From NCBI GenBank assembly GCA_964187785.1, contig OZ076409.1, positions 65,970,001-66,034,000 on the forward strand: a DNA stretch of 64,000 nucleotides. Reading direction: 5' to 3'. The translations under genes and the position numbers were made by a program. Below the pieces are notes generated by a model. That model saw only the letters and a list, made by a program, of their open reading frames with translations, had not been told where the DNA came from and ran no database searches. Source of the DNA: Amphiscolops sp. MND2022. Its lineage: Eukaryota. Shown in pieces: positions 49,183 through 62,600 of this stretch; the stretch's first letter is position 1; every line of letters begins with the position of its first letter.

Positions 49183-52100
49183 TGTAACGTTCAGCAGCCG
49201 GCGAACGAAATTTACAAAATTTCGATGAAAAATTCGAAATGTGCGATTCAAAATGGCCGACCTGACAGGTACTGGAAATTAAAAAAGGATGATGGAAAAG
49301 AGAAAAAGACGCCCCACACCCCCACCCAGCCCGAGAGAGAACACCCCGCCGTAGAAGTATCCCCGAAATTATTGCCGTGTGGTGCCATCTCCCTTGGAAG
49401 ACATCCCAGTTACCAGCGGAACCCGAAGATGGCCCAGAAGATGAAGAAACTCAGAAGTTTGCATATATTGCATGTGCCACCTAGCAGGTCAAAGACTAGC
49501 TGGCACTGACGCCTGATGTTTCTTCAATCTATTGTACCGTTTGTGTGGTTTTCGCGGGTATTTGGTGATGTTTAACCTCTATTTTTCTCATTTTAGATTC
49601 ATCTAATTAAAATGTACTTTAGCTAAACCCCTGTTTTCGGACCTCGGAGGTATGTGGGAAGTCGCAGGAACCTTTAGATACGTTTTTACAGGCTTGTGGG
49701 ACGTGTCCGGACTTTGAGTGCGCCGGCACGTCGCCCATGGCGTTCTAACTGAGGAGATTCCTTTGACATTTGAAAAAGGCCCTTTTAGGAGACCACTTCG
49801 GGATTAAGAACTAATGTCTAGGGCTGTAGTAAGACATCGGTCTCCTGTTTAAGCACCCTAGGCATTATCCCACTTCTATGATGTACTCTGTTAGGTGGCT
49901 GACGTTTTATCTAGAATAGTTTTTATGGCGCCCCACAAGGGACCCTTTTTTCACTGCGTCGTACTAGGTGGTTTTCCTGCTTTCCGGCCCCGGAGGGTCC
50001 AGATCTAGGAAAACTTATTGGAGAGTCCTAGATTATTTTTATTGCTTTTTCAAGCCTAGTAGGCTTTCTTCCAACAGAATTCCTGCGTTTCCTGCATGTT
50101 TCTGAGGTCTGGAACGAGAAATACCCGATTTATAGCAAAGTACCGTTTTGATACCGTTTCTGTTTGTTGAAATTAACCATCAAGCTTAACCGGAATATGA
50201 TTTAAAGGGTTTTGTAGCCTCATTTCAGCTTAGCTGTAATGTATTGGGACTGCAGGGATGTTGTGTGAGCGCCTCCACAAGCTGTGAAGACGGAGTGACG
50301 TCCTTCACGGCAACACTCTCTTGACCCACTGGTGGATCACGACGAATCGACTCGTTTACAATCCCCCTTTTTGTTTTTGTGGCTTCAAAAGCCTATTCCC
50401 AGGCGTACCCGGATTAGTAAAAACTGAGAAAAATACCCACTGGGTATTCCGATTGTTTTCTGAAAAAATATAGCGAGTTAGCTATAACACCTGATATAGC
50501 TCGGTTTTCAACTTGGTTAATCTCAAAAGCCAAAACTTTTCAGAAGAGGGTACGGCCAGTGGGAATACCTCAAAAACGTTCCAACAGACCTATCAGGTCT
50601 GGAACCAAACTTTTTGTGTAGCTCAATTTTGAAAAAGTCAAAATTTATTGATTTTTGTTAAGAAACTGTCAAATTTGGCTATTTAGACCAATTTTGACAA
50701 GGACGAAGCCTTGGGCGTTTGATTCCAAGCTTCTAAAGTAGCCCAAAGCCCTTTTTCCCGAGCCTAATAGTACGAAACACTACTGCCAGGGCGTTTTCTA
50801 GTTTTCCCCAATACAAATTGAATCTTTAACCCTTGATTTTCTTTGATATATTTATAGACCTAAGTAGAGGACCCCATAGACATGAGAGTTATAACACCAA
50901 AACTAATAATTGGAACAACCCCAGTCCCCTGAATTAGGTTATTACACCTCACTAGGATACGTTTAGAACTATTCTGAACATCTGGGAGCCGAGAAATAAA
51001 AAGTTCCCAGGGAAAATACGTACTTTTCTCATGGTTCACGGGGTGTAAAAGGTGTAACTTGAAAATTTTTAAGAGACTTTATTTGGAACCTGCCAGGTTT
51101 CGCTTGCCTATTTTCTAACAGTATAGAGTACAACGTTGCAAACGCAGAAAACCGCGAGTGATGTCAACCAGTAGTTGCCGGGAAATTGCCACAAACGTGT
51201 TATTTCAGTGACAATTTCGGAACACTAGAGTATTATTCCTGAGACAGGTCGATATCTTTCCTAGTAGGAGCAGCCCAAAACGGATTGCACCATCGTGTAG
51301 ACTGGAAAAAGTTACGTTAGTGGTGTAATTTTAGTTGCGCTACCACTTCTAGTGATTGAGAAATCTTAGCCGCAGTTTTGCTCAAAAATTGTACGAAAAT
51401 GTCAAAAAAATCGAATTTTAGTTGAGCATAGTGCAGTACCTTGCCAGTATCCCAGCAGTAAAATTCCTACAATTTCGTACACACGGCACTAGACCCCGAT
51501 TTGTGCATTTTGGGCAGCTTGCTACTGTCCAACTTGGAGGAATTGACATTTTTGTGAATTTAGACCCGAAAAAGTGACATATAGGGTACATCATAGTTTT
51601 GTCAACTCGGAATGCAGAATATTGACCTGGGCACCCCGTTTACGTGGGCATATTTCACGCTCGCATACCAAGTTTCAGGTAGCTAGGAAGCCTAGAAGGC
51701 GAGTTTGACAGACTTGTGTGAATTTCACAACATAGTCGAATTTCCTAACAACGTTATGAAGCGACCCCAAGTTACGGGTAATCAATTTTGTCGCAATTGG
51801 CTGTGATTTTCCCACGATTTGGCCACAGTAGTATAGCGTGTTAAATGTTCAGGTTGATACCAGCTCTGGAGGTGATTTTCACCTTTCCCAGACGTGCATA
51901 TTTGCGAAATAACTGGCGATTTTGTGAATTTTTGCAAAAAGTCACACCGTTTTTGTAGGCGTAGTAGCAAGTGAGGGCTTAAACAACCCTAGTTCTACCC
52001 TAGCCACCCATAGCACGTCTCGTGGAAACATTTGGAATAGAGCTGGCTCAAGCCTAAGATCTTGGGGTCGTCGAAAAAACTGCTTACGAGACAAAGAGGT

Positions 52101-54195
52101 GAAAAACCGAAAATAGAAATTCGCCTCCTGTCTGCTATCAAAGTCACCTAAGTGCAAATTATTCGTTATGAACACGCATGCTTGATGCCTTGTGTACCCT
52201 GTGGGTGCTGGAGCTTGTTTAATGACACTTTTAGAGGAACAGACTTTGAACGCAGTGCGTCTCAAAATAGAACAACAAGTACTGCCATAGTTGAAAAAGA
52301 ACGCTTTTTATGATCGTGCTACGATAATAAGGCACGAACTCACTTCAAACTCAGTGTCCTTCCTTCTACTTACCCCAAGGCCTATTCCCTGTCCCTGATC
52401 ACATTTACGTCCATACTTGTGCTCTCCAGAAACAGGGCAGCATTAGTGACATTTTCAGACTTTTCAGACAACCTAACGTCCGTGGCCTAGCAGGCTTCTC
52501 AAGAATCAGTGTTCGTTGCTCAATTCATGCCTAAGGTGTTCCTTGATTCTCGCTACCACAGTTGTGCGAACCATGTCAATGTGAAAACACCGGACAAGAG
52601 ATTATTCCGGGGAGTACCTTGTACCCTCCCGAGAGAAATCAACACAAAGCATGATGAAACACCAGGAGCCTCGAAGCTCTGAATACTGCTTGGCCAACGG
52701 TCGTGTTTCTAAATTTCAAGTGATTGCTCTGAAACATGTTTTCAATGCCAAAATATGTTTTGATCATCTATCATGCCTAATTTTTAACTTCCATGGGTCT
52801 TTGTCTACCATAGCCATCGACATAACCATCCTCCAGAGATTACTATCATCTCTTACATATACACTGGTGCTTATACTACCTAGACGATACATTTATCTGA
52901 GCGTACACTGCTAACACAAAAGACTGAATGGGTCCTCACTTTTGGTGATATTTTTGGAATTTTGATCTCTGTTTTCCGATTGGTGCTATTTATTGTGCAG
53001 TTTCTGTTGGCCATGAACTACAACACTTTAGCAAGACCAAATCTGTTACTTTTATTTTTCGTTTTTCAAGTGCTATCCTGCATTTGTAAATCCTAACCTA
53101 TCAGGTGGGCCCCCGGCCAATGCCTAACCTGTTGTGATGAGTGCTTTTTATACAGATGCAGTAAAATAAAGTGCTAGATATTTTGGTGCGAAATTAAAAG
53201 TTGGAAAATTTTTTGAAAATAATGCTGAGTATCTAAAGTTGCTCATGCTATTCCAGTGCTAGAACCCTTTGTTGGTGTCGAACCTAAGGAAACCCGCTAG
53301 GCTAGCGCCAAAAACTCATCTTTTTGAGCAATGACCTTTCTCTGGGCAACGACTTCCATTTAGATTCCTGAAGTACTATGTTGCAACAGCATCACTGGAT
53401 GATGGCAACCAAGACGTGAACACCCACTGTCGTTTGTCGAGGACAACAAACTACGGCCCGGGGAGGATGTAGCGTCCAGCAGCCGACAAACAAAATTTAA
53501 AAAAAATTGATGAAAAATTCGAAATGTGCGATTCAAAATGGCCGACCTGACAGGTACTGGAAATTAAAAAAGGATGATGGAAAAGAGAAAAAGACGCCCC
53601 ACACCCCCACCCAACCCGAGAGAGAACACCCCGCCGTAGAAGTATCCCCGAAATTATTGCCCTGTGGTGCCGTCTCCTTTGGAAGACATCCCAGTTACCA
53701 GCGGAACCCGAAGATGGCCCAGAAGATGAAGAAACTCAGAAATTTGCATATATTGCATGTGTCACCTAGCAGGTCAAAGACTAGCTGGCACTGACGCCTG
53801 ATGTTTCTTCAATCTATTGTACCGTTTTTGTGGTTTTCGCGGGTATTTGGTGATGTTTAAACCCTATTTTTCTTATTTTAGACGTTATTCATCTAATTAA
53901 AATGTAGTTTAGCTAAACCCCTGTTTTCGGACCTCGGAGGTATGTGAGAAGTCGCAGGAACCTTTAGATACGTTTTTACAGGCTTGTGGGACGTATCCGG
54001 ACTTTGAGTGCGCCGGCATGTCGCCACGGAGTTCTAACTGAGGAGCCTCCTTTGACGTTTGAAAAAGTCCCTTTTAGGAGACCACTTCGGGATCAAGAAC
54101 TAATGTCTAGGGCTGTAAGACATCGGTCTCCTGTTTAAGCACCCTAGGCATTATCCCATTTCTATGATGTACTCTGCTAGGTGGCTGACGTTACA
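49183..54195 (+). mobile_element. Non-autonomous LTR element C with ~727-bp LTRs
   Basis: LTRs at 49183-49909 and 53468-54195, highly similar. PPT GGGGAGGA before 53468; PBS-like TGGCGCCCCACAAGGGAC at 49926. No gag/pol motifs recognised in the 3.5-kb interior. Confidence 0.9.
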
Positions 54196-55130
54196 TAGTA
54201 AATTATAAATTTCCTAATGTGATTCCTAATGTATTTTATGGTGGAAACTATCCCGGCGCTCGGAGAGTGTCAAGAGGTGCACCTCTTCATGAAGATGAAA
54301 AACTACTGCAACGTTTTTTTTTGCAATATCGATAGAAGCCATTGAACCTCGGTAAATTGATGTCAGAAGCTTCTTGACTCACGGAACTACTTTACAAACT
54401 CAAAAGCTGTAAATCTGGAGCTATTTTCAACTTCTACTGTTTCATTCTGATAAAATTGCAAACATTTTTAAGCACGTCATGCCCTAGATAGATTTTACAA
54501 GAACTCGTTCCGTTGCGTGTTACATTCATTTCCGAAGTTATAGACTTGTAAACGACTGTTGCCTCTATTTTAGCTTCGTGTATCTTTCAAAACTTGATGT
54601 TTATTTCATATTTGGCATATTGAGTTACCCATGAAAGATTATTCAAAATTGTCGCAACAAACGTTTGAGGTTTGGAAAAGTGTTGGTTTTGAGAGCCTTC
54701 TTCCTATAACAATGCTAATACCTGAAGAACCAATACAGCGGAGTGTATTTCTTTTGTATCTTTATTTATTTATTCATGTATCTTCAAAAAAAATCCAAAA
54801 CTTGAAAGAACTTTTTGTCAGTGTGAAAGTCCAAAAGTTTACTGTATTGTCAATGAGTTGGCTCAGGGCAATAATGTTTGCTTTTTTCGTTTTTATTTGA
54901 AACTGTTTTTGATCTGGTACGTTTACTTCTCGTGGCATCTAAGCATTTATCCCATTTAGCAATAAATCTTAAAAAATTCTGATTCTATTTTTTGGTTATA
55001 GATAGTTCCGTCAAAAAGGAATCATTGAAAAAATTCCTGGGTTTTATACGAAAGAAAAGAAAATTTTCAAAACTATCTAGGAAATTGTCAGGCGAACCAA
55101 AAAAGGGAAAGTTTTCTCAAGAGAAGTATG

Positions 55131-55912
55131 AACACGCCGGGAACAGTCCAAGTCGGCGCCGCTCAAAGTTCAAAAAAATAAAAGTATTTTGAATATGCAA
55201 AAGGACACTTTTGTTAAAATTTCATCATTTTTACAGTGACACGAAATATCCAAAGGAATACTCATAAGAGTCGAAAACCACTTTTTCTCCAACCGGAGAC
55301 TTCAGGATATATTTTTTTCAAAACATCAAAAAAATTTTTGATGAACTTCTCCAGTAAGTCGCATAGCGGCAAAAACCATAAGGAGTCCTGTATGCTCGCA
55401 AAACGTTTTGTTTCGCGCAAAATTGAGAGGGGGGCTTTGATAGAAGCAAATTAGAAAAAAGTCACATGAAAAAAAAAACAAAATTCGGATATAGCGTGTT
55501 GAGAAATCCTAATTTCAAGACGAAAAATAATCGTTTCGAAAAATCTCAAAATGCCGTAAGTTGTAAAAACGGGACCTTTGGGCTTTTTGAAAATCCATTT
55601 TGTTGCAAAATATCAAAAAAATGAAGAGGGTCCCTTTGGAGATATTGAAGAATTTTCAAAAAAAGTCTGCTAAAGCCCAAAAAAATCTAAAGGAGGGACC
55701 CTTTAATCTCGTCCGATTTTGCAAATGCACGAGAAAATTTCTGGCTGAAGCAGGGACTTGAACCCGCGACGCTGGGTTCCTTTAAATCGATTGGCAGAAG
55801 TTACAAGTTAGTAAGCAACAGCTTATAAAGCTCATGAAATCTGTCAGCTTAAAAATCTTCCTAAAAAGTCACTACTATAATCTGATCTTTCTACGAAAGC
55901 GCTGACTAAAAA
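55131..55912 (+). mobile_element. Helentron/DINE-1-like element family 1 (diverged, longer)
   Basis: AACACGCCGGGAACAGTCCAAGTCGGCGCC start, GTCACTACTATAATC...AGCGCTGACTAAAAA end, GGGACCCTTT body motifs. Confidence 0.7.
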
Positions 55913-57615
55913 TGTGGACTGTTACACGAGGGCTCGAGTGCCCTTGAGACAGCCTCAATTAAATAGTTGTTTAAATTCTTGCAGTAACACGAGGTGCCAA
56001 CGATAAGATACTAGGGCAGATATTCAAAAACTGCCAAAAAAGTTACCTTTCTATTATCAACTTTGGAAAAATTCCCAAAAAATTAATCGAATTTGCTGTT
56101 TTCATCGGCTACCGCTATTTCTCCGCATTTGATTTTTAAAATTCTTATTTGTTTTCAATTGCTTTTTTTCCAAAAAAAACTGTGTGGCCCAAACTTTTGT
56201 GTGAAAATGAAAAACTTCTGCTGATAGATTAGGCTCGTTGTGCAAAAATAATTGTAAAAACAGAAACGGTAGTTGGAGATGACAAATAAGACAAATACGT
56301 TAAAGTGTCGCTGGAACCAAGAGATAGAACCTTTTCTGATTCAACGAAATTTGTTCAATAAGACGGTAGTAAAAGTCAATAAAAATGGACTATTCAATAT
56401 CAGTCTGGCAAACAAAAATTTCATTACTTCAACAAAAAATCCACCTAGCTCGTTAAGATAGTAGCTGGGTAATTTGTGAAGGAATCAGTTATTTTTGAAG
56501 TCATTTTCCTCGCAAAAAATGAAATATCAAGCGATTGGACTTACCAACAAAAAATCAGCCATAAAAGCCTTCCACTTTTACGTTCTTCTTGGAGGCAATT
56601 GAAGAGCTAGTACAATACTTGAAAAGTGATATTTTGCCTCGTAAGGTATTTTAAGCACACCATTTGAAATTGATGAATATTGATCTGAAGTAATCCATAT
56701 AAACACGCATATACACTACACTAATATCTAACAATAATTCGAGAATTGTCTAATAAATCGATTTCACGGAGACTACAATTGTAGGAAATTTTTTTGCCAT
56801 AGTTGTATAGTAGAGTTCTGATTGATTTCTTCATAGGTGCCGAATTATTATTGCACCGTCTGACGTACATGGAAAAGTAATTGAAAATTCAGTAATAATG
56901 CCGTCAATATAAACTAATTTTTTTTGTTTCTGAATCAGTGCTAACAGCTTTCATCGTGTTTTCGGAAAAACAGTGAAAACTTTAGATCTTATTTACTTTT
57001 TTGTCATCAAAAACCACCTACGTGGCTATTCAGCAAAAATGCTAAAGGCTTCAATACCGATTTTGTAATCTTTGGTATTTGGTGTAATTATTGAGTAACG
57101 TCTATTTGAACCGCCAAGGAAAGACTTCTTGTTGAATTTTTTGAATTCTTAAGGAACAGAAAAAAGACTGGGGGTAAAAATATTTGCTGACGTCACGCGG
57201 AAATTAGTGGGTGCAACGATAAACAAAGTTAAAATTTGATAAATACATGCTCTTTTGTTTCTGATAGCACTATGCGTAGACTAGAAATTTTTATTCAACT
57301 AGTTAATGGACAATTCCGGTAATGAATACATGTTACAAGATCTTTAATGCCATGCGCACTAAGAGAGCGACAAGTAATTGATTGGAAATCATTTCATAGC
57401 ATTTCATTTCACAAGAGGATTGAAGCTCACGAATTTAACTGAGTTTCAAACTTCTGAATTTTGCGAAGTTGACAAAAACGTGACATATCAACTACAAGCT
57501 AAAATTGTGCATAAACAGAGAAACGAATTATTTCAACCAATTGTTGACATCAATGAAAAAAGGCAAGTATGAGATTATATCATCAAGAATCCCACATTCA
57601 ACCAAAAAAACACTG

Positions 57616-58132
57616 AACAAGCCGAGAACGGCCAAAGTCGGCGCCATATCTAAAGCTCAAAATTTAAAAGGGGGACCCTTCGGGCTTTGTGAAACTCCAG
57701 CTGGTTGCAAAAAATTTAAAAAAATTGAAGGGGGGACCCTTTGGAGACATGAAAAAATTTCCCAGAAAAATTTTTAAAGAGATTTTTGAACAGTGTCACA
57801 GTACCGAAAAATGTAAAAGGGGGACTCTTTGGGATTTTTTAACATCTATTGTGTTGCAAAATATCGAAACAAATGAAGGGGGACCCTCTGGTGCAATCCA
57901 AAAAACTTGGGGCTAAGGTGGGATCTTTAGTGTGTTTTCGAGGTTGTGGACGTCTGTTTTGTTTTTTCTTTTCGTTTTGGACGCGCTTCTGAGGTTGGAG
58001 TTGTTGAGATTTGAAGTTGTTGAGGTTTGAGGTTGTTGAACAGATGAACAAAAAAGTGGACCGTTCGTGTCTAAAAAAACTACCCACTGTAATAGTCGAG
58101 CACATTTTCTACTAAAATGCGCCGACTAAAAA
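57616..58132 (+). mobile_element. Helentron/DINE-1-like element family 1
   Basis: AACAAGCCGAGAACGGCCAAAGTCGGCGCC start; CACTGTAATAGTCGAGCAC...GCGCCGACTAAAAA end. Confidence 0.82.
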
Positions 58133-59639
58133 TAGAAGTCAGACAAAAACTACAACAAGGCAAGTACACACAGAACAGAAAAAAGAAAGTTCAAAGCGAT
58201 CAAAGCGAAAATTAACGGCGTAGTATTACTAATTAAGAGGGCCAAACAAAACAGAGAAAACAGATGACCACCGATCACCATTACGGGAAAAAACTGGCAT
58301 TCTGTGGTAAAGACAAACTGTGGAAACACAATGTGAACAAAATTGAAAAAAGTTCCAATAGAGATCACGGGTAATCTTCACACCAAACAAAAAATGACCA
58401 CCAACACTAATCACGGAAGACAAATACTTTTTCATCTGCGTAAGTTATTTAATGCAATTTCATCATCCAATACGGACGCAGAATGAGCACAATTACTCTT
58501 CGTGTAACGTCAAGCTAGTGACGCACATACTAAAACTGGGACAATGCTCAGGTTGCCTAGGCAGGAGACCATAGTCCTATAGATAACCTAAACACTAGTT
58601 TCAGTCCCTAAAGGTCTCCTAGGGGACTTTTTAATACGTCTAAAGAGACTCCTCAAATTAGAGCTCCGTGGCGACGTGCCGGTACACTCAAAGTCCGGAC
58701 TTGTCCAACAAGCCTGTAAAAACGTATCTCAAGGTTCTTGCGACTTTCTACATACTCCCGAGGTCTTAAAACAGATGTTTAGCAAAAGTACGTTCTATTA
58801 GGTGAAAAGTATCTAAAATGACGAAAATTAGGATCTAGTAGATCCTGTACCATAACCAATCTGCGAAACAACATTCAAAACAATGAAATTAATCGAAATC
58901 AGCACATTCTACTCTCTCATGGAGTTTTCAGGGTTTTTGGAATGTCATATCGATGGGTTACGTCTCTCTTCTGGGTCTTCTGAGGCATTTCCCGTGTTAG
59001 ACGGCAGAACACTCCGTTTTCCCGTAAGTTCTCAGCCTTTTTCTGCAGTCTCTGTCAGTGTCTTCTGGGATTCTTCAGGGTTTTGGGGGGTCGCCGGGTT
59101 GTCTCCACTATTTGTCTGCTTTGCTACTTTGGGGACCTGCTGGGTCGGCCAAGTTGAATGATTTTATTTGCTATCGCTTGTTTCCAATATTTCATCGAAA
59201 TTTTGTTTTTGGTTGATGGACGTTACGTCCTCCGTTGGCCGTAGTTTGACGGACCGGGCAAACGAAGAGAGAACGATACATACCCAGTGGGTTTTAGCAA
59301 CATCAAAAGGACAGTTTTAGCAACTTAATGATTGAGATTTGAAACTTTTAGCAGCTTTTAGCAATGTTTCAGCAAATGTTTGATTTGTTGAGCGATAAAA
59401 TCAAACAACTTAAAAACTCTTGTCGTTTTTTTGTTTTTTTTCCATGTTACAATATCGTTTTTAGGAGTGGTACCTCGCGCGGGACGAGCAAAAACTGCGG
59501 TAATTGGGTAAGATCCTTCCATTTTTGACTTCAAGCAGGGATGCACCAAGTTTGGATCTACCTACAAGATAGTATTTATATCAAACTATCAAACCAACAA
59601 TTAAATGGCGAACAACATTCTAACTGAAAAAGCATCACT

Positions 59640-62600
59640 AACGACATAACATTGTTCTGTACCACCATAACAGAGCTTGCACTTGGTGAAGCACTAGTTT
59701 TCCATTTCGTTTTTGGAATAGCTTAGGTGTCTTTGTTTGATTAATGAGTAGTAGTTTCGTTGATTCCACAGATTGATCATCCTGTGGGTCTCCGAGGTTC
59801 GGAGGTATCCGTCGCTTGTGGCTCAGGGTTCAAACGTGGGGTTGCCATTCCGAAAGAGGGCGAGCTCTATTGCCCTACATTTGGAGGTCATTGAGATCAG
59901 ACTCTAGAACTGCCGCTTCAATTTGCGTGATATCTGCTATGGGTTCATCCCTCAATGGCGTAGCAGCACCGTGCAGGTGACCTAAAAGGATGAGGGGGTC
60001 GTTGACCACTGAATCATTAGGGGGCACCTCTACAGTCATTTCCACGTTCGCAGCTACCTGAACCAGAACCATGGCTCAAGCTCGGTATAGGGGGTTGAAA
60101 ACTGCCAGTGGAATTTACATCTCTATATTTTCAGATGACACTTCAAGCGGGTTGTCAGCAAGATGCGGATAACCATATTGCCCATACTGGTTTGTGTACG
60201 TCTGGATTGTTTTGGCATAGCTCTCGCCCACTGGATTACCTCGCTCTCTCTGTCGGCCCAGCAAATCAAGAAAGATCTCGAAGGCCATTTTTGGGTTGCT
60301 GGGAAGATCCTTGCTCATGGGCAAAGTTCTCACGGCAGGCCCTCGTGCAACCAAAGCCGTCGCTCTTATTATTTTCCGACCCCATATTTTACAAATAGGG
60401 GAGGAAAAACATTATCTGTGTTGCGTTTTTTTCCAAATTTTGCCAAAATTCCACTTTGTACTCCACTTTCTGCTCACTCTCCCTACTCACTCTCCCACCA
60501 TAAAAAGTAAACTCAGCCGCCAACTCCGCAAGTAAAAATGGGAATAAGATCTAAAGGAAAAAAGATCTAAAATTCCAGGACGGGAATAAGATCTAAAAGG
60601 AATAAGATCTAAAATCACTAAATTTTAGATCTTTTTCTTTGGATCCTATTCCCCTCCCAAAGTTGCTATGGCTCAGTTGGTGAAAGCCAAAAGGGAGGAA
60701 AATATCCCGGTGCTTAGCGGGCGTCTTGTCAATTATCTATTCTGCTGGTGAATGACTTGATCCGCAAGCTCTGGTTTTGTCCAGCAGGTGGCCTTCCTCA
60801 GTATGGTGGCAGTGCTGGTTGGAACAGGGCTCCGCCCTCGCACAGTACATCGTTGATGTGTCGCACATATAAGAATAACGCAACCCACTGGGTGCTTCAC
60901 CATGTGTTCTGCCGCCTAGTCGCTGAACAGCGGCTGACAAAATCTTTTGGATCGCAGCTTATTCCCATTCAGGGAAATTGTCTACCGCACCTGTTTCTGG
61001 ACAGCGAGGAATGTGCAGCCATACAAGTGGATGCAATTCCAAGGGCATAGGAAGAGCGCACCGCGCTCGTGCTTCTATCAGTGTGGAATAATTGTGCTCT
61101 ACTTGCGTTTTGTCCTTGATGATTGTGTAGGCCATCGGAGGCCGCAAGTTACCAAAAGTGGGTGCTCGTTGTGAATTGTCAGTACTCATAAAGTGTAGTT
61201 ATGAAAGCGCGGGGTGCTTGCAGCAACTTTCAAAGGTTGTCTGGGATAATTCAGTGCCAATACAGCACCGATGATTGGAAAAATTAACGGAAGCAGGTCT
61301 TCTCTCTCTGTTAGCGTCAAACTGGCCATTTGAGATGAAAACAATAAACCTGGTAGTTCCGTAGCTTCCCAGCATTTGGCTGGGGGTTATTCAGTGGATG
61401 CATTATCCCCGAGATGTTGATACATGTGGAATAGATCCAAACAAGCAAGCCCTCTATGTTTGTGTCTAATTGAGCTGTGAATCGCAAGGAACTCGCTGGG
61501 TCCATGGTATTGATGCGAATGCAGCCAACCTCTCCAGTTTCTTCAATACCATCTTTTTTATGAGCTGAGTTGGGTCTTGGTACATAGCGCCAAGGCTTGC
61601 TGACATTAAATAAGCTACGATTTCTTCACTTACAATGGCCTCCTGATGGATTCTCTGTACAATTTCATTTGCTGGTCATCCATTTGTGCCAAGCGAGGGA
61701 GCCAAAATGGGGAGATGTTGCACAGAAAGATCGGAAACGGTATGCCCTTTCGCTCTGAGACCTGAGCCAGTGGTTCCTCCAATACTATGTGCCACGTCCG
61801 ATACGTGTGTCGTGGATTTTCCCTATTCCTTCGCACCACGTCTCGTGCCATTACAGTTAGTAGCGCAGCGTTTGGAAAACTAGGTCAGCTTGTGCATCTA
61901 CGGCTTGCACAGCTATGGAAAAAACGGTGGTGTCTAATTGGTCTTGTCGTATGCCTTCAGTTTTCTTGGAAAGGGCTGCTAGCTCTTTATGGAATTTAGG
62001 TTCCTGGGTTTTTTGTTCACTGTCGAGTTATCTCTACGTTCGTACCAGAAGTTATCTATCACGTTCTACTTTTCTGGTGCAGTCAGGTCACTGACTGGAT
62101 GTACTACGTTCTCATCCAAAGATCGGTGGGCCATTTGCATTTCCAAGTCGAAAGCAGTAGCTTCGTAGATCAGCCATTGGGAGTTGCCCTTGTATCCAGT
62201 GTAGGCCATAGATACTTCACATAAGAATGCTGGGTAGGAGGTCTCGCAGGGACGCCATGTTGTTGCACTGATCCGCCGGTTTGGTGCCACTATGTGAAAG
62301 CAGAGATTTTGTTCATACTCTGCCTCCGTCACTAGATAATGAAATTGTTGCAAAGGTCTTGGCAGATACATTTGGCCAGGCGGAGAGACAAAGATGACTC
62401 CTGCCGTTGATTTCCTGCTGTTGACAGCACGGGCTTTGTTGGTTATCGCATCAACTTAGGCAGTCACTTCGTCTGTCATGAATCCTTGTCACTCTCTGAT
62501 GTCCTAGTTCGAAAAATTTTAGCGTACCGTACAGTGCGAGGTGGTCTATCACGTTGCAGTAGATGAGCAGTGGGGAAAGGGGATGGTTGCCGCGGCTGTC

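Noticed and set aside
49225..49509. 94-aa ORF duplicated at 53507-53794 taken as a host gene pair
   Set aside because: Both lie within the two LTRs of element C, so duplication alone says nothing about this frame. The frame shared with element D appears to be a different one.
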